The notes beneath the pieces are model-generated. The model saw nothing but the letters and a program-made list of their open reading frames with translations. It was not told the DNA's origin and searched no databases. A DNA stretch of 64,000 nucleotides from a virus. This document shows, piece by piece, positions 37,230 through 46,500 of the stretch. The DNA is taken from IMG/VR virus record IMGVR_UViG_3300028920_000062, positions 1 through 64,000 of that record. The stretch is one strand, 5' to 3'. The translations under genes were made by a program, and so were the position numbers. How positions within the stretch are numbered: the first letter of the stretch is position 1; each line of letters begins with the position of its first letter.

Positions 37230-38104
37230 TGGCAAACGAAGCAAGAATTATCCGCGAGGGAGTCTATAACAACGACTATTTCTCTGGCGCACAAGTTGCT
37301 ATCTATATCGGAGATGTCCTTGTTGACGAGGTTACTTCCATTAGTCTGGCGGTAGCTCAGAGCAAGGCCCCTCTCTATGGATATGCCTCTATGCTTTTTG
37401 ATGGAGTTTCAAGAGGAAATGTTATCGTTGAAGGTGAGTTCTCTATTAACTTCAAAGAAGCTGGATATCTTTGGCTAATTCTTAATCGCTACCGTGCAAT
37501 GGTTAAAGCTCAGAATGCCGGGATATTCCTTAACGAAAACTTGAGTCCCTTCTATCGAGGGAAGGGAACTGGAGAGTATACTCTAGAAAAGACTATTGAG
37601 CAATTGACCAATGGAAGTGTTCCTCTTAGCAAGAAATATCTAAATCAGATTAACGAGATAGCTGCAAGGGCTGCTCGAGAAGATGGGATTAAAAGTATTG
37701 GTCTTGGTCCTCAAGTTTCTCAAGGACGGAAGTTGTTGAATACCCAAGCCGGTTTGGCCGGATATTCTAGTGGGCAAAGAGCTACTGGTAGTACTGGGGA
37801 CGCTGAGTCCGTATTTGAAATTTTCGAGAACTATGTTTGGGGGAAAAACTCAGGTGGGGGCAGCAGCCAGGCTCTGGAGGCCTTGGGGATTAATGATGTC
37901 GCCGCTAATCGTCGTGCCGACGAACCTGCCCTAAATCCATTTGACATTTATATAGCCTTTGGAGACTATGTAGATGACGATCGAATCCATCATACTGTTC
38001 AGAGAATCTCTGACGTTCATCTGACAGGTCAATCAAAACAGATAGTTATTGACGGTCAGCCTATACAAGAAGCATATAGCTTCTTTGCCAGAGATTTGAT
38101 ATAA
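37229..38104 (+). CDS. Second tail tube paralogue
   Basis: YFSGAQV, SKAPLYGYAS, RGNVIVEGEFSINF, PFDIYIAFG, YSFFARD. Confidence 0.7.
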   Translation: MANEARIIREGVYNNDYFSGAQVAIYIGDVLVDEVTSISLAVAQSKAPLYGYASMLFDGVSRGNVIVEGEFSINFKEAGYLWLILNRYRAMVKAQNAGIFLNENLSPFYRGKGTGEYTLEKTIEQLTNGSVPLSKKYLNQINEIAARAAREDGIKSIGLGPQVSQGRKLLNTQAGLAGYSSGQRATGSTGDAESVFEIFENYVWGKNSGGGSSQALEALGINDVAANRRADEPALNPFDIYIAFGDYVDDDRIHHTVQRISDVHLTGQSKQIVIDGQPIQEAYSFFARDLI

Positions 38105-38148
38105 ACTGACATAAGTGTTTGCAAACACCAAAAAGTAAGGAGAACTAT

Positions 38149-38580
38149 ATGTCTACAGAAGATGTAGTTCAGGAAGCCCCTGAGCAAGAAGTAGAAGAGA
38201 ATGCGGCAGATCCATCAAGAGAGATCGCCAATGCTTTGGCTAAATTTGCTGGAGCTCCGACAAAAGAAGTAATTGAAGGATGGAAACAAGAACATGGAGA
38301 TATTTTCTGTTCTGGTTTTTCAGAAAAGGAGTTGCTTATTTGGAGGCCTTTACGCAGGCAAGAATTTATAGAGCTTCAAACTAAGTTAGCTCAAGAGCAA
38401 GGGACTCAGATGGATCAAGAACAGGAGGTTGTGACAACTTGTGTTCTTTGGGCATCTGATGACGCCAGAAAGGCCCTGGTTCAGAAGGCAGGAAGCTACC
38501 CTACTATCCACGAACAAATCATGTTCAATTCTAACTTCGTTGATCCTCGAGTAGCATCAGCCCTGGTGATTAAACTCTAA
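38149..38580 (+). CDS. Tail assembly chaperone
   Basis: The track starts at 38119 (TTG), but ATG 38149 follows AAGGAG and is the likelier start; WKQEHG..IWRPLRRQEF motif; position after the tube genes. Confidence 0.65.
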   Translation: MSTEDVVQEAPEQEVEENAADPSREIANALAKFAGAPTKEVIEGWKQEHGDIFCSGFSEKELLIWRPLRRQEFIELQTKLAQEQGTQMDQEQEVVTTCVLWASDDARKALVQKAGSYPTIHEQIMFNSNFVDPRVASALVIKL

Positions 38581-39530
38581 TGCTTGATATTCTCCGTCTC
38601 AGGGAACAGCACGGAGAATGTTTTGCAAGTAGGTTGCCCGATGGGCAGTTAATCCCGTGGAGAGCCCTGACAGTTGCAGAGTATGTTGAGTACGAACGCC
38701 TGCTGCAGTCAGGTGTCTACCCACGGGCACGTCTAGAAAACGAGATATTTGAGAAATGTGTATTAGATAGAACCCTAGTTGATGAGATAGGGAAAGTTAG
38801 GGCTGGTGTGGTTACAGCAGTAGCTGATGCTATTTTTGCCCACTCTGGCCCACAATCTGTAGAAGACTTGAATATGCTGCTTAATATAAGCAGGCATAAA
38901 GCTAGTCAGGTCGTGCATGATTTAACTACGATGATTTGCACAGCCTTTCCGTCCTACACTCCTGAAGTTCTCGAGAACTTAGACTATGTAACATTTATGT
39001 TACGTGTGGCCCAAGCAGAAAAGAGACTTATTCAGTCTGGCCTTCTGCAAGAGCCTCTGAGTTTTCAATCACCTAGCGATCCTCAAGAGGAAACAATTAA
39101 GCCTCCTCCTGCTCCTCGTCCAGAAGATCTTCCTGGTATATGGAACCAACAGCAAGCCCCTAGTCCTGTTATTCCTAAGGCTGATTTTTCTCATAATGGG
39201 AAACAGACTATTATCACTAAGGCTGAGATGGTCGAGCATCAGGCTGCCTATACAGGTCACGAGAATATCGATAGAATAGTGAACGAGAAGGATATGGTAG
39301 ACGAGACCGCTGGTTACTATAAAGAATACTTAGAACAGATTGAGGATGGTAAGCAGGTCAGAATTAAAACCGTTGAAGAGCGTAAGGCAGAGGCTGAGGC
39401 ACGAGCTAGGGAAAATGAACAGAAGTACAAGGAAGTCCTCAGAAAGAAGCAATCTGAAGACGAGAGGCTAGCCCAGCTTCTCAGGGAGCGTAAAGCCCAG
39501 CGAGCTGCCAAGCGCAAAAAGAAGAGGTAG
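38580..39530 (+). CDS. Second tail assembly chaperone-like protein
   Basis: LREQHG..PWRALTVAEY is paralogous to the preceding gene; TAATG coupling; charged coiled-coil C-terminus. Confidence 0.6.
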   Translation: MLDILRLREQHGECFASRLPDGQLIPWRALTVAEYVEYERLLQSGVYPRARLENEIFEKCVLDRTLVDEIGKVRAGVVTAVADAIFAHSGPQSVEDLNMLLNISRHKASQVVHDLTTMICTAFPSYTPEVLENLDYVTFMLRVAQAEKRLIQSGLLQEPLSFQSPSDPQEETIKPPPAPRPEDLPGIWNQQQAPSPVIPKADFSHNGKQTIITKAEMVEHQAAYTGHENIDRIVNEKDMVDETAGYYKEYLEQIEDGKQVRIKTVEERKAEAEARARENEQKYKEVLRKKQSEDERLAQLLRERKAQRAAKRKKKR

Positions 39531-39532
39531 CC

Positions 39533-42500
39533 GTGCCATATCCATTTACAGCCCAATATGGAGAGGGTGGCTTTGGTCTTGGGCCAGAGCATGGCAGGCG
39601 CTATTACGGCCCTTCTCTTACTCCTCCGCAAGACCAACCTCCGCTCTGGACCTCTGAAAGCCCAAGAGATTTTTACCAAGATACTTATGGCTCAAGCGGA
39701 TTCTTGTATGCGGGAATCGGCGCGGCAAGTTTAACTGCTCTTGGTCACCTTCCGGTAAATTTCTCAACAGGTGTACGGCCAGGTCCATGGAAGGGTATTC
39801 CACCACGAGCGTGGGCCCCCGGGCGCATGTTCGATTGGTATGCAGCTGCAGCTCGTACAGTAGAAGAATATTCTCCTGCTAAGATCTTTCGCACATTTCA
39901 GATATCTCCATTCCTGTCTCAGTTTGAGACTCCTGTCAGACAAGGTTTTACGATTACTCCTGCTCAGCTGGAAGGGAACTTTGTACAACAACAATACCTT
40001 GCTAACCTCATTGGTCCCGGTCGTGCTGGCCCTGATGGTGGGAGTGTATTGGGTAGAGTTGCCCGTGAGGGTGTTAGGCTCGAGGGCGGTAAGCTCTATT
40101 TTGCTAAGAGTGGTGAACTTGCTCTAGAGCATGCCAGCGCTATGCGTGTTGTCCCTGAGGCGCATAGTCGTCTGGGGGCTATGTGGGCTCGTATAGTCGG
40201 TCTATCCGATACAGAAGCCACAGACCTTGCTCGTTGGTTCTCTAGGGCTCATCCAGACCCTGCAGACATCACAGTACAGAACCCTCTGGTTGGAGGTATG
40301 CCAACCCAAATCATTGGCGCTCGCAGTAGAGCAGATTTTGTTTGGAAAAGCGCTCGTGCTTGGGGTGGGGAATTTATTGATCGATTCAATAGACTGCTAG
40401 AAGCTCCTTTCTCTATGGAGCCGTTCGAAACGGTATTCGGTGGGTTTCAGAAGTTTGTTAAGAGGAAGACTGCAGAGCTTGGTTTTAAAGGAGGAGATGG
40501 GTATACCTTACAGCTCGCTGTCGGGCGTGGAACCGGTCTGCGAATGCTTGGGAGCCTTGGCCTTAAGTATGGGGCTATCGTTCCTGCTGCCGCAATGGGG
40601 TACAAGACCCTAGATTGGCTAGCCAAAGAGTCTGAAACACTCGATGACACCATCTTTGAAGAAGGTCTAACTTATGCTGGAGCAACTGTTGCTGTAAAGG
40701 CAAACCTTCTTGCTTCTCAAGTTGCCTACGGATTAGGGCTTAACAAATATCGCGAGCTTCAGGAAGAAATAGCTCCAGGTAGCACAAGTTTACAAAAGCT
40801 TGCCGCCTTCCCTCTAATGGGAGGCTTGGCAGGCGTTGGAGTAGCATACGGGATTAAGATAGGAGCTCCTCCAGGTCTTCTTTCTGCTCTCCCAGAAGGA
40901 GGCATGCTTTCTCGCCAAATCTTTTTGGGAGAATCTGCTGGGGTTGCTCGAGAAGTAGTCGAAGAGCAAATCAAGCAGTTCGGTAAAGGCGAGGGTGTAT
41001 TTGGTTTTGTTGGCAGGCTTGGAAAGAAGCTTACCACAGAAGGGGGAATTTATTCTCAAGAGGGATTCCTAGGCAATGTCTGGCGTCGTATCGCCGAGCC
41101 TCATGTCAGCAGAACGGGAGATCTTAGCTTTAAGTTATTGGGCAAAGTCGGTCCTGCTAAATTATTTGGTGTAGCTGGGGCTCTGGCTGGAACCGCACTC
41201 ATTGCTCCGTTCCTTCCTGGAGCTCTGATTCCCGAGAAGTCTCCAGATGAACTCAGAGCTCTTTATAGTGGTGAGACAGAGGTCCCTATTCGTCGCGGCA
41301 GATGGTGGGAATTTGGCCGTTCTCCATATGAAGGTCGTCGAGTTTCATATTTTAGGCCTCATTGGTATGCGCGAATGCGGATGGATGCTCGAGACGAGAG
41401 TATCTGGGGCGACGAGGCATCAGAATTAAGCCCGGTAGAGAAGTGGCTAAAGTCAGAGTTTACCTATGATTTGGAAAAGAAGCACTACCGCAGTCGCCCA
41501 TATCCTGTTTCTGGACTGCCATTTGAAGATGTTCCTTTTATTGGTCCTTTTCTAGCTGGAACCATTGGACGACTGATTAAGCCTCCTGTTCTTATGCACA
41601 CAGAAGAGTGGATGGGAGAAAAGGGTGTATTAGCTGAACCTCCTAGGTTTGGCCAGCGTGTTGCTACCGAAGTGGGCGAAACCCCGGGTGGTATGCCTGA
41701 AACTCCATATGGAATTAGAGGCATTGTTGGCGAACAGATCTACAGATTACAAGAACTCGGCGGTCTCTATGGCTTCAGCATGATGACCATGCAGGAGAAG
41801 CTCAAGGGTACCCCCGATATCTTTGATCAGTTCAAACAACTCGAGTCATCCCGCAGAATGTATGGCTTTGAACGTCAGTACTGGGACCTTGAGCTTGGCG
41901 GTATGCTTGGCACTACTGAGGCGTTCCGTCGTTTATACCCTCACAGAAGACGTCAAATCCCGCTGTACAACCCGATTAGAAACTTGATGCCTGAATGGCT
42001 TCCAGGCCCCGGAGACAAATCTCCGGACTTCCTCCATGGTGACCCCTTTACAAAGGTCGCAGAGGGCGAGCTACGGCTTCCAGGACGTGGTTATGCGCAG
42101 CGTTTTCCAGAGCTCGAAGATGTTAGTCCAGAAGACTATCCGCTCATTCATCGCTTCAAAATCCTCGCTGATGTAGCTCCATACTCCTCTCGCTTTGGGG
42201 AACACCTCTCTATGGTGAGAAGAGCTCGAAAGCAAGCTGCTTGGGATAGCACCCAAGAAAAGATCTACAATCAGACCTTAGAGCAGCTAAAGGAAAGGAA
42301 GAAAGGTCAGGAGTTTGAGGAATATAAGTACCTCAATAATATGGGGGAAATTTTTGGAGAGGATATTTATTGGTCTGGAGAGGATTCTGCTGGTCTTCTC
42401 ACTCAATTGAATAAACTTAAGGCTCAGAAGCAGGAAGACCAAGGAGGAATATTTACTAGACTTTTTGGTGGATATTGGGAGCTGCTTTCTCACAATGCCG

Positions 42501-43579
42501 AGACTGCTTTAGACCAGGTAACTCCAGTCTCTCCTGGATCTAAGCTAGTTCATGTTAGAAGCCCAATTGAAGCGTATGAACGCTTGCAACTATATGGGAC
42601 TGAGAATGCATTCTGGAATCATCCTGTTAGAGACTTTTTTAGACCCACTTTTTGGCTGGGAGCTCGAGCAGCAGGTTATGAGGATGTCCCCGAACATATA
42701 GAAATGAGGAGAGAGATTGAGGCTACTTTCGACCGCCTGAAGTATGTCAAATTTGCTAGGCTATCTAATATAGCCAGACTAGAGAAGGACTGGACTGCCG
42801 TAAAGGAGTTTGAGGCCAAGAAGGACCAGACTATGTTTGGTCTTGATCCATATACTCGTAATTATACAAGTATTTTCAGGGCCTTGCCGCGCCGGGACCG
42901 TGATTACTTCAATGCGTTCTCAGAAGCTGAAACCGAGGAAGAGCGTCATCGGATTCTTGAGATAGTACCAGAAAACGAAAGATCTCTGTATGTTGCCAGA
43001 TGGAAAATGATGTTTGCCAACGAGGTGCGGGCGGCAAAAAAGGCAGGCGTGCTTAGTGAGAAACAAATTGAACAGGCAGATGTTAGGTTGGCACAAATTT
43101 ATGATGATGCAGACAGAGAAGGACTACCTGCCAGCAAAGACCTCTTAGCAGAGTACCTTGAGACTAGGTATCCCGGTGAAAGCTATGCGGATTGGTATCG
43201 CAGAGTCAAGCTTCTTGGAGGGCTAGAGTCTATTCCTGGACCTGACTGGGTAGGCTGGCATCCCTCTGTAGATCTTGAGGATATTAAGCTCAAGATGGTT
43301 ATGAACCTTGGTGAAGATATGCACGATTATGACTTGTGGCCATCTCGAGCTCAAACACTTATGAACAAGCCATATATAAATAATGAGGCCGTTACCGCGT
43401 TAACTGAGCCTGAAGAGCTTAGCAGATCGGAAATACATGATAGAATTAACAAATTGCTGTTAGTTGAGAAGATGCAACCTAGCGTTTTTAGTCGAGCAGT
43501 GTATGGACCAGAAACCGATAACTCTGTTGATTTTGAGATTGTTCAGGAACGCCCAGCTCGTAAAGGAAGTTTGTATTAA
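39533..43579 (+). CDS. Large virion protein at the tape-measure position (tape measure or ejection protein)
   Basis: 1348 aa, GTG start; several Gly-rich hydrophobic helices; follows the tail chaperones. Confidence 0.55.
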   Translation: MPYPFTAQYGEGGFGLGPEHGRRYYGPSLTPPQDQPPLWTSESPRDFYQDTYGSSGFLYAGIGAASLTALGHLPVNFSTGVRPGPWKGIPPRAWAPGRMFDWYAAAARTVEEYSPAKIFRTFQISPFLSQFETPVRQGFTITPAQLEGNFVQQQYLANLIGPGRAGPDGGSVLGRVAREGVRLEGGKLYFAKSGELALEHASAMRVVPEAHSRLGAMWARIVGLSDTEATDLARWFSRAHPDPADITVQNPLVGGMPTQIIGARSRADFVWKSARAWGGEFIDRFNRLLEAPFSMEPFETVFGGFQKFVKRKTAELGFKGGDGYTLQLAVGRGTGLRMLGSLGLKYGAIVPAAAMGYKTLDWLAKESETLDDTIFEEGLTYAGATVAVKANLLASQVAYGLGLNKYRELQEEIAPGSTSLQKLAAFPLMGGLAGVGVAYGIKIGAPPGLLSALPEGGMLSRQIFLGESAGVAREVVEEQIKQFGKGEGVFGFVGRLGKKLTTEGGIYSQEGFLGNVWRRIAEPHVSRTGDLSFKLLGKVGPAKLFGVAGALAGTALIAPFLPGALIPEKSPDELRALYSGETEVPIRRGRWWEFGRSPYEGRRVSYFRPHWYARMRMDARDESIWGDEASELSPVEKWLKSEFTYDLEKKHYRSRPYPVSGLPFEDVPFIGPFLAGTIGRLIKPPVLMHTEEWMGEKGVLAEPPRFGQRVATEVGETPGGMPETPYGIRGIVGEQIYRLQELGGLYGFSMMTMQEKLKGTPDIFDQFKQLESSRRMYGFERQYWDLELGGMLGTTEAFRRLYPHRRRQIPLYNPIRNLMPEWLPGPGDKSPDFLHGDPFTKVAEGELRLPGRGYAQRFPELEDVSPEDYPLIHRFKILADVAPYSSRFGEHLSMVRRARKQAAWDSTQEKIYNQTLEQLKERKKGQEFEEYKYLNNMGEIFGEDIYWSGEDSAGLLTQLNKLKAQKQEDQGGIFTRLFGGYWELLSHNAETALDQVTPVSPGSKLVHVRSPIEAYERLQLYGTENAFWNHPVRDFFRPTFWLGARAAGYEDVPEHIEMRREIEATFDRLKYVKFARLSNIARLEKDWTAVKEFEAKKDQTMFGLDPYTRNYTSIFRALPRRDRDYFNAFSEAETEEERHRILEIVPENERSLYVARWKMMFANEVRAAKKAGVLSEKQIEQADVRLAQIYDDADREGLPASKDLLAEYLETRYPGESYADWYRRVKLLGGLESIPGPDWVGWHPSVDLEDIKLKMVMNLGEDMHDYDLWPSRAQTLMNKPYINNEAVTALTEPEELSRSEIHDRINKLLLVEKMQPSVFSRAVYGPETDNSVDFEIVQERPARKGSLY

Positions 43580-46500
43580 TGGCTAAGGATCCGAAGGAGT
43601 TTGAAAGAGGAGAGAGCTTCTTCAAGAAGGCTCTTATTGGTACTCCAGCTGCTGTTGGCGCGGGTATTGGTATTCGTAGAATGGTCAAGGATCTTCAGGA
43701 AGCACAGGCGCGCGGCGCAGAGATTATGTATCGCAAGCCCCTGGCTTCTGTCGATGCTATAGCGCATGCAACTGGTATCTCTGAAGAGATGATTGGTCGC
43801 GCCACAGCTGCGCGGGAAGAACGCTTAGCTTTTATGTCTAGGAACTGGGATCGTTTCAAAACCCCTGAAGGTATGAGTGTCCTTAAGCGCTCGTGGCTAG
43901 ACGCCATGCGTTTTGCCGATCCTATATCACAAACTAAGCTTTTGAGCTTTACGGAACGCGTTAACCTTAGAGGCATGACAGAACCCACTGATGTTTTTAA
44001 CGCTATTCAGCGTACTCTAGAAGCAAATAATTCCTCTCTTATGGGAAGGGTATTTGAGCGTTTTGAGAGCAATGTTGTTGGATTTGAGAGGCATGTTCTT
44101 GCTGGTCTAGATCCCATGGATTTGGGGACGCCTTTTCAGTTTCGACCTGAAAGGGTAGCGGGCTTAGACCTTTTAGACCTGCCTAATGAACTAGGGTACA
44201 GAGCATCTAAGATTGCAGCCAGTCTGGATGCTAATGTGGGGGTTACTAGATATACCCGATCAGACGTATTCGGAAAGCAGTCTCCAGAGGTTTTTAAACT
44301 GTCATTTAACCAAAAAGGACAGACTCTTGTAGACCTCATGGTTCCTGTTACTCAACGCGGAGCTTTTTTTGAAGGTGAAGCCTTAAGAAGTAAATATGTT
44401 TCTACCAGCGTTATCGTAGGGAATGCTGAGGGTGGCCCCAAACTGATGTCCAGGGAGGAATATCTTCTTAGGCAGTTTGAAAGAGAGATTGTTCCCCAGA
44501 TCAAGTCAGGGCAACTAACAGAACCTTATGAAATTAATGCGGCTGTTAAGCAACTTAGAGCAGATATTCTGCATAAAATGGAGAATGTAAAAAATCTGCC
44601 TCCTGATTTAGAGGATGACGCAATTAAGGGATATCGTCTTAGCCGTAGTGAAGGCGTAGATATCAGGTGGGACCTTCCAGAAAGAGAACTAGAAGAACGA
44701 AGAAAAAAGATGTTACCTGGATACCATCCTACAACTCGACCAGCTACTCCTGAAGAAATTGCCTCTATAGCGAAACATCCTTCAATCGGAAAACTTTTTG
44801 GAGGTGTTTCTCCGGCAAATATCGCTGAAGGTCGCCGATCTTTTATGGACTGGAGTAAGATAGTTTCTGCTTCTCCTTTTGCCTATGATTGGGGTCGTCG
44901 CCCGGAACAGTTCTCAAGAGAGTTCGCCCTTAGCGAAGAAGCTGTTGCAGCAATTGAACGAGAGGGCTATAGGGAATCCGATATATTTGCGACTGGAAGA
45001 ATGCGAGACCTGTATAAGAAGGGAGGTCTTCCTCCACATCTTCGTGTTCTTTACCTTAATCCCGAGAAACATGCTTTGCTAATGGAGCAGCTAGGTATTG
45101 GTCGCGGTGAAGGTCTTATGAGGGAGGGTTTAAGGGAACTCCTTGAGCAGCGTGTATTTAAGTCTACGAATATTGTAGGCATGAATATGGAGACCTTGCA
45201 AAAAATTCAGGCTGGCGGGCAATTGCTAAAGGGACAGGTGCTTGGACAAATTGCTGAAACTGGTCTTCCTTTTGTAGTAGAAGATCCAGAATCTATTAAG
45301 GCAGCAGTAGGCCATTGGTCTGAAGGGGCAGGAGATTACGTCACTATTCATCAGGTAAACAGACATCGTCTTCTAAGTCATGAGAAATGGTTTAATGACC
45401 TTAAGATGTTGGCTCGCTTTACAGACGAGGAAGTAATGCAAGATGCCGCATCTAGGGCAGGTGTGAGTCGCCGTCTAGTTGGAGAGGGCTTCGATGTATT
45501 AACTCAAGTAGGCAAAGAGATTGTTAGGGGTCAAGGATTCGATGTTATTGCTAGTACAGAAGACTTGACCAAGAATCCAGGTTTGCTAACTAAGCAGATT
45601 GTATCCGGAATCCACGACACTTTGTCAATTCGAGAACTCGAGTCTAGGGGTATTAACTTTGACTTTGCCACTCTGGGGGTTCGTCCGTCTCCCAAGATTG
45701 ATAAATTTCTCGATCATCCCCTGACATTTCTTCGTATGTGGGACAGGATGTCTCAAACCCCAGAAGGTGCATTTGACCAGCAGGCATTTATTAAACGTGC
45801 CATGAAGTTCTCTGTTGAACATGCAGGTCTAAGTCCAGAGGAGTTTGGGTCAGCATTTGGTGTAATTCCAGAGGTTGAAAAGGAATGGCAGGCCCTTACA
45901 TCACAAACGCTAGCTGGTGCTGGCCTCAGAGACGTTAGTATTAAAGAATATATAAAGGCCATGGAAGAGGGAACTGCAATAGGAAGAGCACAGCTTTTCT
46001 GGGGTGGTCCAGCCCGTCTTCGAGGTGCTGGCGGTTTAGGTTCTATTGAGCCTCGTCTTTTTGAAATGCTGTCTGGAGGAGTCTACGGAGAAACAGGGAA
46101 AGAACTTGCAAAAGAATTTGCAGAACGTGCTGTTGGGACAGATCCTCAAAAAAGAGCACTTAGCGAAGCACTTGCCACAACAATGGCTTCTATAGGAGGT
46201 CAGATTAAACGAAAGAAAGGGGAGGCTATTTGGGATATCGCTGAGCAAAGTATAGCTGAAGATGATATTGCAAAACAATTTGAAACATTTCTAGAGAGTG
46301 GCGGTGGATGGATGCGGGCCAAAAAGGGAGCAAAAGAAGTTTTTGTTCCTGGGCTTGATAACCTTACTGCTATGCAACCTTTTACTACTGCTGGCGGAAA
46401 GGGAGTGCGCGGAGCAGTTCCGGATATTTTTTATAACATGCTTTATAAGGGAGCTGAGTTCGCCGAAGGATCCTTGGGGGAGAAGGCTTACGAGCGCCAT

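Noticed and set aside
38119-38148. TTG start for the first tail chaperone
   Set aside because: The downstream ATG at 38149 has a well-placed AAGGAG Shine-Dalgarno site.
38540-38600. Programmed -1 frameshift between the tail chaperone genes (lambda G/GT type)
   Set aside because: No XXXYYYZ slippery heptamer near the first stop; the second gene has its own ATG via TAATG coupling and is a paralogue.
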